Shown here piece by piece: positions 46,177-57,332 of a stretch of 64,000 nucleotides of DNA. Source of the stretch: an uncultured Nitrososphaeraceae archaeon (lineage in GTDB: Archaea; Thermoproteota; Nitrososphaeria; Nitrososphaerales; Nitrososphaeraceae); the NCBI GenBank assembly GCA_963779615.1, contig CAVZZA010000003.1:928001-992000 (forward strand), read 5' to 3'. The number at the start of each line of letters is the position of its first letter. The first letter of the stretch is position 1. The notes beneath the pieces are model-generated. The model was not told the DNA's origin and did not search any database. It saw nothing but the letters and a program-made list of their open reading frames with translations. The position numbers were made by a program, and so were the translations under genes.

Positions 46177-47355
46177 TTAATTAAATTCAACAATTTCAAT
46201 CCAGTTTGGGTCTTTACCTGACTCATACCTATTCAAGAGTTTTAATTCACCAGTTTCTTGATTGATTGCATGTACAGATACATGACCTGATTCCTGCCCT
46301 CCTGCAATCACAAAATTACCCCTAGGATCAACGTTAATACCACGTGGCGTCTTTTCAGTACCATAACTTTCAATGTATGTCAAATTCCCCGAGTGACGGT
46401 CAACAGCAAATGCAGCAATTGTACTAGTAGATCTTTCGCTTACGTATAGCCATTTGCCATCAGGCGTAATGTGAATATCTGCAACTCCAATAGCAGTAGA
46501 TTTCCCATCCCCCATTCCTGGCGCGGCATCTCCAGCCGCAGGAGTTGATGGTTCAAGGCCTATGTCAGGAGGCATTGCCGAAATTCTCTGGATTTCAGTT
46601 AAAATCCCTGTCTTGTTATCCATCTTGTAAGAATAAACCATACCATCCATTTCATTCGATACATAAACAAACCTGTTATTTGGCGAGAAATCAAAATGCC
46701 TTGGTCCAGAACCATCTTTAGTGTAAACAACAGATGGAGCGTTTGGTGTAAGAACTCCATTGGATTGATTAAACAAAAATTGTTTTATCTGTGCATTTCC
46801 CAAATGAGGCACATACACAAATCGATTTGACGGATCAACTAGAATTGAATGGGGATTATGACCTGTGGAAATTACCTGAACAGGTTCCGATTGAACAAAC
46901 CCCTCAAGGCCTATTGGATTCACAGCAATTTTGGCATTTGCGTCATTATTTGATACTGATAAAAGAAAGCGGCCCGTTTGATCCACTGAGATGTATACCA
47001 TGTTATCGGGTAATGATTCTTTAGAGAGCTGAGTCAGGTTACCTGTCTCTGAATTAATCAAATAGGTAATCACTGAAAAAGGTTCTGAACGAACAGAGGC
47101 ATAAAGGAATCGATGATCTGGGCTCAATGCCATATGCTTTACATTTGGTCCAGCAGGTACCTTTTCCACTATTTTCATATCACCGGTTTCAGGATTTAAC
47201 TTCATGACTACAATCTGTCCATCTTCGCCATTAGAAACATACACAAATGTTCCTTCTGAATAGGATTTATCTATTCCCATAAATAAAATTGGAATCATTA
47301 GCACTGCCACAAAGATTGGAATCCTAAAATCAAATCTAGTTTTCTTTTCCGTCAT
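46177..47355 (-). CDS. Secreted lactonase-family (6-phosphogluconolactonase-like) 7-bladed beta-propeller
   Basis: 'HSILVDPSNRFVYVPHLG', 'GSGPRHFDFSPN', 'ADIHITPDGKWLYVSER', 'PRGINVDP'. Start moved to ATG 47355, ahead of the signal peptide. Confidence 0.9.
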   Translation of the reverse strand: MTEKKTRFDFRIPIFVAVLMIPILFMGIDKSYSEGTFVYVSNGEDGQIVVMKLNPETGDMKIVEKVPAGPNVKHMALSPDHRFLYASVRSEPFSVITYLINSETGNLTQLSKESLPDNMVYISVDQTGRFLLSVSNNDANAKIAVNPIGLEGFVQSEPVQVISTGHNPHSILVDPSNRFVYVPHLGNAQIKQFLFNQSNGVLTPNAPSVVYTKDGSGPRHFDFSPNNRFVYVSNEMDGMVYSYKMDNKTGILTEIQRISAMPPDIGLEPSTPAAGDAAPGMGDGKSTAIGVADIHITPDGKWLYVSERSTSTIAAFAVDRHSGNLTYIESYGTEKTPRGINVDPRGNFVIAGGQESGHVSVHAINQETGELKLLNRYESGKDPNWIEIVEFN

Positions 47356-47477
47356 CCATAAATCGCTATTGCATCTACAAGCAGTATAAATAAAATTCTT
47401 GCGTGAGCCAACAAAAATTCCAAATGGATGTATCAAAATCTGATTGATTTCATTTCACAGACGTGGGTGAAGGCTGG

Positions 47478-47677
47478 ATTGGCGGCAGGGTTGACATAAT
47501 CACCATCTCTGTAGATACGATCATTTTCTTTTTCTCCTTCTTCTTTGATATCCAATTTTCAATTCATGTCGTAGCCTGCATTTCAGACAATTCCTTAATA
47601 TTGTTGGCTCTGAGCCTATAAATATAATCAAATTTGTAATGGACCGGATTGTTTGCAGTTTCTTTATGCCTGTAACC
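47478..47677 (-). repeat. 200-bp direct repeat copy 1 (integrase-like 5' stub, promoter and att-like motif B at 47638-47680)
   Basis: Colinear without indels with 52359-52558 (offset 4881). Encodes 'LDIKEEGEKENDRIYRDGDYVNPAAN' from TTG 47555. Confidence 0.9.
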
Positions 47678-48009
47678 CATCAAGTAACAAAAATGGTGGA
47701 GATTCATCACAAAATGTTTTATGTTTTATTTTACCTCATACCATCATAAATAGAAGTTTTGTAGTATCGATCTATGCATAGTGTAACCTCAAAGATATCA
47801 AGAATATCGACCTTCATAATTCTATAGTGAACAGAGTTGAATATTTTTAATATACACAAAATTTAGTATTTTAAGATAAGATCATTCCAAATTGCTATCC
47901 TTTTCTTTATACATTTTTTTCCAATTACTTTTTCAATTAGATAAAATTGAAAATATAAAAGCGAGATAAATTAATAGCAGATAAATTTCCAAATATAAAA
48001 GATCTATTT

Positions 48010-48381
48010 CTAAACCTCTTCTTGTTTTGTCCCGCATCTTATGCAGAACTTGGATCTTAGGTTAAGTTTTGAGCCACACTCGATGCAAAATTTTGATTCT
48101 GTGGTGGCGGTTAGTTTATTTGGAGCAGTTATTTTTGGCTCCGTTATTGTACTGGACAGTTTAGGCAAAGTGGTCTGAGACAAATCCCTTCCACTTTCGG
48201 CACTCTCTTCTCCTTTAAGATAAAGCATTATCCTTGGAACCACCTCCTTTCCCTTGGGATCATATACCTGTTCACACAGCCATATAACAAATTCTTTTAG
48301 CGTTAAATCAGGTGTAGAAAAGCCAAGAGTATGAGCAGATATGTATTCCTCGACTGCAGATCTACCGTTGAATGCTTTCAT
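48010..48381 (-). CDS. Protein with C-terminal double zinc ribbon
   Basis: 'KFCIECG..KFCIRCGTKQ'. Confidence 0.8.
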   Translation of the reverse strand: MKAFNGRSAVEEYISAHTLGFSTPDLTLKEFVIWLCEQVYDPKGKEVVPRIMLYLKGEESAESGRDLSQTTLPKLSSTITEPKITAPNKLTATTESKFCIECGSKLNLRSKFCIRCGTKQEEV

Positions 48382-48781
48382 TCCCGAGTATATTATATAC
48401 CTAATCTGGTTGATAACCTTTAATTGAATCTAATGCCAGTATGAAAATGCAGGTTTTATTTTAAATTAGATTGTTTGAATTATTTGTTGATAATTGTAAC
48501 GATAGGCCAACATCTCAATTTTAGAGTCGTCAAGTTTTTTTTTGGAACAAATGAACTTGCTCATTATTATAGTCCCAATTCGAAAATTTATTTCCCATGC
48601 AACTAATTTTTCTTTTGATCCCTTTCCCCTAGACTTTTTGATACATTGTTGATAGAAAGTACTTGAGAGATCAGTTGAATGAACAAGATTAACCTTGTAT
48701 CTCATATTGGCCTATTCCTCCCCTGGGCCGTTGTGATAAAGCCAAATAGTAAAGATAAGAATTTAAGCGTAGGACATACTT

Positions 48782-49075
48782 ATGATCATGGACAAAACAT
48801 CCAATTCTGGGGATGACAATGGAGCCCGTCACAATGTTGAAGGTTTTGTATTAGGCAGACTATCATCCAAACATGACTCAGGAGGCGACCCTTTAGTCGG
48901 CATTGGAGATTTGATGGATTCCATAGACACTACAATGTCTCCCCTACTAGATCAAGCAATTGAGGACTTGGTCGCTCAAAGCCTGATCCAATCTCCGGAT
49001 GGCGAAAACTACCAAATTACTCAGGATGGGATTAATGAACTAGAAAATAGGAAGAGAGAGGCAATACCACTTTAG
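48782..49075 (+). CDS. Hypothetical protein, possible winged helix
   Basis: 'AIEDLVAQSLIQ..NYQITQDGINEL' resembles a wHTH wing. Confidence 0.6.
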   Translation: MIMDKTSNSGDDNGARHNVEGFVLGRLSSKHDSGGDPLVGIGDLMDSIDTTMSPLLDQAIEDLVAQSLIQSPDGENYQITQDGINELENRKREAIPL

Positions 49076-49339
49076 TTACAAAAACTATTTTTATATAACC
49101 CAACTCAAAAGTTAAGACAAATTAGTAGAATATACAGATAGGAATTTTGGATATTGGAGATAAACAATAATTATTCTATTTTATTTTGGTGAACATTAAT
49201 GGAAACTTGCACTGTTTGTTTTAAAAAATGCGAATTAATCAAGATTAAAAACAAGCATCTGATCCCACAAAGCAGACACTATCCAAAATTTGTATTGATT
49301 GGCTAAACATATGCTTTGATGAAAACATCCTATAATTCT

Positions 49340-49684
49340 TTACACGGATTTCTTTAATTTATCGCTTGGAAATTTGATCATATTCTCCTTTTCGCGATTA
49401 AGATCGTCATCTGTCAAGTTGATTGCAGAAATTATTGTTGAATTATTCTCATCACTAAAGCCTTCGGTAAAAATGATCACATGTAATGAAGACTCTAAAA
49501 TGTCTAATATAGAATCATCAAATGGCGGTAATTTCAGCTCAAGATCTTTTCCTGGAATAACCGAACCCAAGTTATCGACATCAAGCAAAGTCACATTCAC
49601 TTTGTTCTTTTGCTCATTTATGCTGTTTACCTTTGCAAACATTAAGCCATCAGCATATGTATGGGCAATCAAACTAATAAACAA
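49340..49684 (-). CDS. Hypothetical protein
   Basis: Plausible composition; the antisense ORF is a shadow. Confidence 0.6.
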   Translation of the reverse strand: MFISLIAHTYADGLMFAKVNSINEQKNKVNVTLLDVDNLGSVIPGKDLELKLPPFDDSILDILESSLHVIIFTEGFSDENNSTIISAINLTDDDLNREKENMIKFPSDKLKKSV

Positions 49685-49874
49685 GATTCAATCTGTCGAC
49701 AGCTATACTCAATAACGATTATCAGATGGCAAACTTCGATGCCATAGAGGCCTATGGTTATTTCATAGATCTTGCTGGATAAAGTTACTCAATAAACGAC
49801 CATCAGTACTTTGCTCTATTTTGTGATTCCATCTTCTAGTTCTCTTTTGGCCTTACCTTTTCAACCAAACAAAG

Positions 49875-50333
49875 TCAACTGCTATGATAATAGTGATCAA
49901 TGGAATCAACTGTGGGCTGTATCTCACTTTCTTTTTTAACTACCTCCAGTATCTTGTTCCATATGTGCTTCTCAAACTCATATGCCACTATACCTCCAAC
50001 CGTAGCCCCTGCAGCAAGACCGATAGGTCCCCCAACCAAGAGTCCCACAGCACCTGTCCAAATAAGACTTCCAAACCATGCACCAGATGCCACCTCAATG
50101 GCATAATCATCCGGGTTGCCTGTCACGGATACATGAATCTCGCGCAAAGACCCTGCCCACACCTTAGGGGATTTATTTACGGCCACAATACTGCGTAAAG
50201 GGATAGAATTCATGGTTCCTTTGTATTCTGAAACAATCTCGATGTCCTTTTGAATTTGTATTTCTTGCTTTATGCTATCATATAGTTTGTCCAGGTTTGT
50301 GCTAAGACCACGATAATGCTGTACTTTTGCCAC
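49875..50333 (-). CDS. Hypothetical protein with glycine-zipper hairpin
   Basis: 'GAVGLLVGGPIGLAAGATVGG'. GTG 50333 is the likely start. Confidence 0.7.
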   Translation of the reverse strand: MAKVQHYRGLSTNLDKLYDSIKQEIQIQKDIEIVSEYKGTMNSIPLRSIVAVNKSPKVWAGSLREIHVSVTGNPDDYAIEVASGAWFGSLIWTGAVGLLVGGPIGLAAGATVGGIVAYEFEKHIWNKILEVVKKESEIQPTVDSIDHYYHSS

Positions 50334-50996
50334 AAAATTAAGTTTAAAAAGACACATTTAAAGCATTAGAAAGGGTTTCGCTTTTTCTTCCGAAATCAGA
50401 TGCGCTTTACCTTGAATAATCACAAAAAACGAATTTGCTCCAATCCTCATCATATTCATCTATTAGTAATGCAGCATTTTGATTGGTATGAATGTTACCA
50501 ACTTTTTTAGCTTTTAAACTGTTTGTTCTTTTCTTTTACTATCTAATGGTATATAATAATGGTGCCCATCAAATGCAAAAACCACAGGTACTATAGGGGG
50601 CATTTGCTTATCATAATCAATCAAAGTCTAGCTACTCTTGCCCTGTTTACCATTACTTGAATAAAAACACAATTGTTCATACAATTACCTTGTAATCTCA
50701 CATTATTTACCGTATTATTATTTACTTATAGTGATTCACAATAATAGAAAGTAGGGCCATAAGTTGTCACATATAGAAATGATATCAATGAGTATTTTGA
50801 AGAATTTTGCATGTTATTTAGGGTATGTTTTTTAATCCTAAATGACAAAAATTGGTAAAAAACCTAAAAAGTTCCTTTTTATATGACTAATAAATTTCAA
50901 AACGATACTAACATAATAACAACGAAAGGGATTGGCGGACATACAAGAATAGAAGCATAAAAAAAAGTTAAATAATCATCCAGAAATGGAAATACC

Positions 50997-51758
50997 ATGT
51001 TAAAATCAAAGGCAAGTGTATTTCTTGTCATATTTTTATCTGTTGTGTTTCCCACTAGCTCATTGCTGGCAACCAAAGGAAATGAAACTTTTGTAGATCG
51101 AAATATGGTCAATATGAATTTCAATATTTCTGGTTTGGTATACGATTTGAATTCGACACCTTTCAATACATCATATGCGGACTGGACTGCAAAATGGTGG
51201 CAATGGACATATTCCATTCCATGGAATAAGAATCCCTCATACGATGACACTGGAAAATATTGTGGCGAAAATCAGCATGGACCGGTTTGGTTCCTAACAC
51301 TTGCTTTTGAACATCCAGTTGAACGCACTTGCCATATACCTCAAAATACGGCGTTGCTAATCACATTATTAAATTCCGAATGTTCGTATGTGGAGTACAA
51401 ACATCTAGAGACCGAAGAAGAATTAACAGATTGTGCTAAAAAAATGCAGGATGTTGTGAGTGGAGCAGAAGCATCACTTAATGATATTACTATACCTAAT
51501 GTAGCAAAACATCGTATTCAGACAAATTTATTTGACTTTACATTGCCCCAAGATAATATACTGAATTTAACTGCTCAAACAACACAAGCTGTAGCCGATG
51601 GAAACTGGCTTTTTCTAAAACCGCTCCCACCTGGCAAGTATGAGCTGAAGGTAAAAGGAGAAATAGACAGAGTCTCTTCAAATGAGTTGGGCGGTAACGA
51701 ATATAACGGACCAATTGGATGGAATCAAACTACCACATACATCTTATGGGTTAATTAG
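50997..51758 (+). CDS. Secreted hypothetical protein (WTAKWWQW family)
   Basis: Signal peptide, 'WTAKWWQW..SIP..NP..D.TG.YC..Q.GPVWFL', 'AVADGNWLFLKPLPPG'. Confidence 0.85.
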   Translation: MLKSKASVFLVIFLSVVFPTSSLLATKGNETFVDRNMVNMNFNISGLVYDLNSTPFNTSYADWTAKWWQWTYSIPWNKNPSYDDTGKYCGENQHGPVWFLTLAFEHPVERTCHIPQNTALLITLLNSECSYVEYKHLETEEELTDCAKKMQDVVSGAEASLNDITIPNVAKHRIQTNLFDFTLPQDNILNLTAQTTQAVADGNWLFLKPLPPGKYELKVKGEIDRVSSNELGGNEYNGPIGWNQTTTYILWVN

Positions 51759-52229
51759 CATATTATTACGGTCATTTTTACCCCGGTTGTGCTCCATATT
51801 TTTTTGATCTGGACTAAAGAGTGAATATCGACTGTTTTTATAAAATCCTGATTATAAGGTAAGCACGAACTAGTCAGCATTGAAAAAGTAGCAAAACTTG
51901 CTTTCTATCTTTTTTTTCCTACATCTGCTCTATTTTACTATTCATATTTTACGTTATTATATTAAACTGAGACACACTAACCACCATTTTCAGCGAATAT
52001 GAAATATGATGATTGTCACCTAAATTGATATAATATTATAGATTGATATCCTATATTATATACCAGCCATACGAAAAGAATTGCAATATATAAGGTCGAT
52101 ATCGGTATTATCAAGATTTATTATTATGTTATTCTAATTTTTAAATTATTTTCTATAATTTTTTTTATTTAGTTTTTCTTTTTATTTCAAGTATTATATA
52201 TAATCACATATGAGATCTCATCAAAAAGA

Positions 52230-52436
52230 CTACATTTTAAATTTATATAACCAACACATTGTCTTCAAAGGTACCTCCAGACCCAGAAAATCATGGAAAA
52301 CATCCAATCTTTTAGGATATTGCCTATTTGTTTCAGAGGCCTTTAACACAATTAAAAAATTGGCAACAGGATCAGCATAATTATCTTCTCTGGTGATATC
52401 ATCATTTTCTTTTTCATCTTCTTCTTTGATATCCAA
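52230..52436 (-). pseudogene. N-terminal stub of a Nitrososphaeraceae-type tyrosine integrase
   Basis: 'DPVANFLIVLKASETNRQYPKRLDVFHDFLGL' resembles the N-terminal core-binding helices of these recombinases. No catalytic domain follows. Confidence 0.65.
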
Positions 52437-52558
52437 TTTTCAATTCATGTCGTAGCCTGCATTTCAGACACTTTCTTACTATTGTTGGCTCTGAGCCTAT
52501 AAATATAACCAAATTTTCAATGGGCCGGATCGTTTGCGGGCCATTTGTGCCTGTAACC
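52359..52558 (-). repeat. 200-bp direct repeat copy 2, including att-like motif C (52519-52558)
   Basis: AATGGGCCGG-ATCGTTT-GCGGGCCATT: the arms are inverted repeats matching at 8/10. Confidence 0.9.
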
Positions 52559-52583
52559 TGCAGTTTAACTACAATAACAATCC

Positions 52584-52925
52584 GGCTCTGTTCATTTAAG
52601 CACTTTCTCGTTGCCATGGTGATCTACAAACAGGTGGATCCGGTTTTTTGCATGCTTTAGTTTACAGTTCCTTGTCCACCATGGAAAATAATAATCGTTA
52701 AACCCCTTTTGGCCCTACCTTTGATGCATCAGTCATTCTCTCTATCAGGCTTTTCTCAAATTGAGAATGAATGCGATGATCTACTTATCACTACAGGCTT
52801 GGGCAGGATGCCCGCTAGCCATGGTCACCGTCATCCGTTGTTAAAACCGAATACTTGCCATACTTATTTGTCAACAAGAAGGGATAAAACGTTCCGCCAA
52901 AACCATACTTCTTTCAAAGACAAAC
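52584..52925 (-). mobile_element. Decayed IS6-family remnant (3' half plus one IR)
   Basis: IR GGCTCTGTTCATTTAAG at 52584. Fragments 'ERSMVLAERF', 'KYGK', 'FEKSLIERM', 'FNDYYFP..CKLKH' are homologous to the IS at 59131. Confidence 0.8.
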
Positions 52926-53038
52926 ATTAATCTGAAGAATTCATACAGGCTCTATCTAAATAGAATCCATCTTCGCAGGACAGGCATTTTGGGAGCCAAC
53001 CATAAGGAGTTTCCTTTTTTAGTAAAATATTTACAACA

Positions 53039-54517
53039 TCAATAACCAGGCAATGACCCTAGCCTTACCGCTTTAAATATCACATTACCATTTATGTTTA
53101 TTCCAAGCGTTAGCAGATCGCCAGGTTTTTTTGCCCCGACTTGTTTTGTGAGATCACTTGGTTTCCCTATTTCTTTTCCGTCTGCGGATATTATTACATC
53201 CCCTTTTCTTGTTAGATATCCATTGCTATCCACATCTAAAATAGCACCGTTTAATCCCACCCTCTCAGCTGGACTATTGGAAACAACAGATTGAATCAAT
53301 ATCCCTTTAGTGTGTTCAGGTAACCCCATTTCTTCTAATGTTGATGGCGACAAGTCAGTTACAGAAACACCCAGCCATGGAGTTGAAGATGCCAAATAGA
53401 CTCCTGAATTGTTACCCTCATGATTTTCACTTTTGCTTTTTTGACTTGACAGTATATATGGCGACAATTCGTGTGCGTTGGGTTGGGTTTCATCCTTTAA
53501 CTGCAGCTTTTCCATCAACGAAACAAATGACAGGAACTGTTTGTCGTTAATGTTAGACAAGTAATCGCGAATCACATGGCTGTTTGTGTTACGCCATATC
53601 ACTATCTCATCAATCCCTTTAGTTTTGTTTGCTATTGACAATGTGGCGAGGATCAATCGATCTGATGGTGGATCATATCCTTGTTCAGCAAAATTGGATG
53701 TTTTTGCAGTGTACAGTACAAACTTTAATGGCTTTTTATGGAACACTTTGGAAAACGTATCCAGATTATGCTGAAGATCAGCCACACTGTAATAGTTTGA
53801 GCTAGCCAAAACAATGCCATCAGAATAATCATAGAAATATTTTTTGACATCATTTGTACCCAGTCCCTCAAGGTAAACAACAGGAAAAAAATTCAAATCA
53901 TTTCTTTTGTGTTGTAGCGCCCTATCTAGTTTTGACTTTATCATAAATTTGACGTTTTCTTGTATCTTTTGCTTTCCATCAAGACCGTCATCTTTTTTAT
54001 CCTTGCCTTCACTGGGGCCAAACCAATTAAAGTCATCTATCACAAAACCATAAAGGGAAGGGTGACTTGACTTTAGCAAATTGAGATACTTTATCCACCC
54101 CTCCCAATCATAATCACCATTTTCTCCACCTTCGGAAGGGGGCAACAATATTGGAATCATCCTCAAAGTTGTATTGTCGGCGGCACCCAAAAGACTGGCA
54201 GTTTGAGATTGTTTTGATTTGGATTTGTAATCTTTGAGCACAAAATAATATTCTTTGTATCCCTGTTTTAACAGCAAATCCATCGCCATTATTTTGTCAT
54301 TGCGGTTTGGGAGAGACTCCAAGGGAAATTGATTTGATGTCCATGCACCAAAACTTGCAATTTTTGGTTGACTTATGGTTGAATTTGTTCCTAGTTTGAT
54401 ATTATCGGCAAGTCCATAAGCTTTCACACAAAAACAGGGTATTGATAGCCATGACATGGAATAAACAAGCCCTGCTGCAAAAATAACCAAAAAAACAAGA
54501 CAATAATCCAATTTCAT
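53039..54517 (-). CDS. Secreted protein: putative (beta/alpha) catalytic-like domain plus C-terminal PDZ
   Basis: Signal/TM segment, 'YGFVIDDFNW', PDZ 'PWLGVSV..GILIQSVVSNSPAERVGL..GDVIISADG'. Confidence 0.8.
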   Translation of the reverse strand: MKLDYCLVFLVIFAAGLVYSMSWLSIPCFCVKAYGLADNIKLGTNSTISQPKIASFGAWTSNQFPLESLPNRNDKIMAMDLLLKQGYKEYYFVLKDYKSKSKQSQTASLLGAADNTTLRMIPILLPPSEGGENGDYDWEGWIKYLNLLKSSHPSLYGFVIDDFNWFGPSEGKDKKDDGLDGKQKIQENVKFMIKSKLDRALQHKRNDLNFFPVVYLEGLGTNDVKKYFYDYSDGIVLASSNYYSVADLQHNLDTFSKVFHKKPLKFVLYTAKTSNFAEQGYDPPSDRLILATLSIANKTKGIDEIVIWRNTNSHVIRDYLSNINDKQFLSFVSLMEKLQLKDETQPNAHELSPYILSSQKSKSENHEGNNSGVYLASSTPWLGVSVTDLSPSTLEEMGLPEHTKGILIQSVVSNSPAERVGLNGAILDVDSNGYLTRKGDVIISADGKEIGKPSDLTKQVGAKKPGDLLTLGININGNVIFKAVRLGSLPGY

Positions 54518-54890
54518 TTTTAAAGAAATTATTCTTCCAATACACAGGAATCAGAAAATGACCAATTTATTTTTAACTGGCATTTTATCGCGTATACCTC
54601 TGAGAATTTGAGGTTTTCCGACTTTGGAGGTCCCGAAAACAAATTGATTTTTTCTAATTTCAACTCACCATTATCACTTGTTATAATGGGCTTAATTCTC
54701 AAACAACATCTTGATTCCATTAAGGAAATCATATTCTTAATGTCATAATAATAACTATAAGACATGACTTTTAGAACAGTGGTTTTAATAGCACGCCATA
54801 ATCAAATGAATGATCTTCAAAAAAGAGATTATTGCTGTTGGGTGCGATCTTTTTAGTAATTACAACTTTAATTTATGAATGCTGCAATTG

Positions 54891-54934
54891 TTTTTTTCGG
54901 GTGGTTTGCAAGCCATTTATATGCCTTTAATCCA
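54891..54934 (+). repeat. att-like dispersed motif, copy D
   Basis: ..CGG-GTGGTTT-GCAAGCCATT-TAT(AT)GCCTTTAATCCA. Confidence 0.65.
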
Positions 54935-55713
54935 AAATTTGATTAATGAAAAGAATAATACGATTTTTTTAAGTGTAGTCCAGATTCATATTGTTAACGG
55001 ACAACTTTGAGTTTTAATTAATCATCAACGAAAAAACAGTTAAATGTTAAAATAGTTCAAAAATGGGTCTAGTGGGATTGGTGATGATACGGGTTCTTAA
55101 AAAGGAATCTATTGTTTTATTAGGTGAATGGTAATTTTAAAGTTTATCAATTTTAATATGCTTTTTCTATGTCAATTTGTTAATTATTAAAAAGTCTTTA
55201 AAAGGTGCAAAGTCTTGCCATTAGGGGAGAGACTGCACCACCGGACAATGGGGGCAGAAACAGGGAGATAAACAGGGCAAGGTCGCCGTAGGAGCCTAAA
55301 GACCACGCTGACCTTGATTTAGGTGCTGGAGAGTCAGAGGAAGAACCGCTGTCGCTCAATGAGGATTAACAAAGTAGTACTGCTCATAACCTGTAGCATT
55401 TGCAGGCATGCTCAATTTATTGCATGGTTGCGAATGTTGCGTCTACCGCAACTGCAAGAGGGATCCTTGGTTTGCATACACCAATAAAGAATCTGGTAAA
55501 GTCTTGACCCGGGAGTGATCTGCTGTGCCGGATTCATCATTGCCTCATAGGGATAAAGACGTGTTTAAATGCGGCTGCCAAGGGCAATTATGATCGTAAA
55601 ATAGCAAACAAAGTCATCCTGTTTGCCAAAAAAATAGGTTTGTATTGGCTGACAGGCGGTGGCTACTGTTTGCCGGCCTTCTATAACGTGTTCCCGGTTT
55701 GGCAAGTGGCAGG

Positions 55714-55927
55714 TCAGGGGTTCAGGAAAAACACTTGGATACTGTTGTTGCCAGAATCAGCTACATACACGTTGCTTGTTGCGGGATTAACGGTCACTTC
55801 TACGGGAAACATAAACTGGCCGTTGCCGGTACCAAAGGATCTCCATTTCGCTAAGAAGTTGCCAGTGATGTCAAACACCTAGATGCGGTTGTTGCTGGTA
55901 TCTGCCACATACACGTTGCCTGTTGAC
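55714..55927 (-). pseudogene. NHL-repeat protein remnant
   Basis: 'GNVYVADTSNNRI*VFD..GNGQFMFP..NVYVADSGNNSIQVF' with an in-frame TAG at 55879-55881. Confidence 0.85.
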
Positions 55928-56044
55928 AGTTCACGGTCCCTTGGTGATAGTTGGCAACTGCCATGTGGTGAAGCAGCTGCAGCTGCTGCACCCAAGGCTT
56001 TGACTGCAACGCTTATGCATAACCATCAGCTACAACTCCCGTTT

Positions 56045-56689
56045 TCACCCGGGAGATTGGTGTTTCACATTGTCGCCCCACTCTGGCTTTGCATTGCCCA
56101 AAATCGAGTTTCTAACAAGGCTGCTTGCCACAGGCTTGGGTATGTTGCAATAGGACGAAATGCAGTCCACAACCCTGTTTGAGCATGATATGCTCTTGCA
56201 CAGGGACAGGCTTTCCCTAAAGGACTTGACTGGATCTTGAGACGCAAAGGCCTCCAACATCACCATTCCGCGTATGTTCCCCTTCGCGTCGGGGAAGTGG
56301 TCAGACAGCAGGGCATCCAGCTCATCCAATGGCAAACCAAGCTCCCCCATACGGCCATAGTAAACCTCATCCTCACCCTTGCCGTCAACGGCACCGCCTT
56401 CCCCCCCGATAGCAGGCTGGGGGCCAAGCATCACACCATCATTGCCTGGGCTCCCTTCCGCACCCTGAAGGCTGCCGCCATTAAGCAGGGGTCTCTTATC
56501 CAACCAAAACGGCACAGCAGCCTTGGCTGTAGTGTCCACAAGATTGTATGACCTGTCGTATAGCACCCCCTTGTTGCCGTGTATGGACTGAAGGTGTCGC
56601 AGGGCATTAGACCTTCTTCCCATCTTTGTATCACAGGCCGGGCAGTAGTATGGCGATTTTCTCAACTCTATCACCCATCCATATGCCAA
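56045..56689 (-). CDS. Protein with N-terminal C2H2 zinc finger
   Basis: 'YYCPACDTKMGRRSNALRHLQSIHG', GC-rich codon usage. Confidence 0.75.
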   Translation of the reverse strand: MAYGWVIELRKSPYYCPACDTKMGRRSNALRHLQSIHGNKGVLYDRSYNLVDTTAKAAVPFWLDKRPLLNGGSLQGAEGSPGNDGVMLGPQPAIGGEGGAVDGKGEDEVYYGRMGELGLPLDELDALLSDHFPDAKGNIRGMVMLEAFASQDPVKSFRESLSLCKSISCSNRVVDCISSYCNIPKPVASSLVRNSILGNAKPEWGDNVKHQSPG

Positions 56690-57332
56690 ACTGCTTAGAT
56701 AACATCACCAAATAAACTATATAGACTATATATACATTCTAGGGCGCATGTGAAGCCACATGAGAGGTTAACCGAACATGCGCCATAGATTGGTGCAACG
56801 CGGCAGGGACACCAGGGTCGAGGGAAACAGAAGGTTTACAGGGTAGCAAATGAGTTACTCTGAGGCACTCTTCATGGCACAGGCGTTTCACTCCTTGACT
56901 GGCTGGCCGGAATAGCGGTCAATCCCTAGACTCAGGACACGCTCGCCTTCAGCATGATTTCTGGTGAGGTTCATGGATGAGGCATTTTCCCTGGAGCGTG
57001 CAGCAGCACAAGCCTACGCTCTAATGTTGAGTGGCAGGGCACGGTTTAGGGCTGTCCTTGCAGCAGGGCATTAACTACAACAACTCAAAACCCTTAAAGA
57101 CTCTAGGACGTTGTCGCCCTTAAAGCAGCCTGAGAGTAGCTTTTGTTCAATGGCAGGGCTCCTAGCAACCGGTGAAGTGGCTGCCTGGCCTCCACCACAA
57201 GACTGTTCACATCAAGGCCAGATGAAAGTGCGGAACCAAAGAATGTATGTGACCCGAGTCTTGGTTACAAGTTTGACTGAAAAATAAGGGCTTATGGACT
57301 TGCCTGTGAGAGTATGGCAATGAGAAAATAGG

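Noticed and set aside
55879-55881. In-frame TAG in the NHL gene as pyrrolysine or readthrough
   Set aside because: It is a simple CAG>TAG change in a gene that is also truncated, and there is no pyl machinery in the window.
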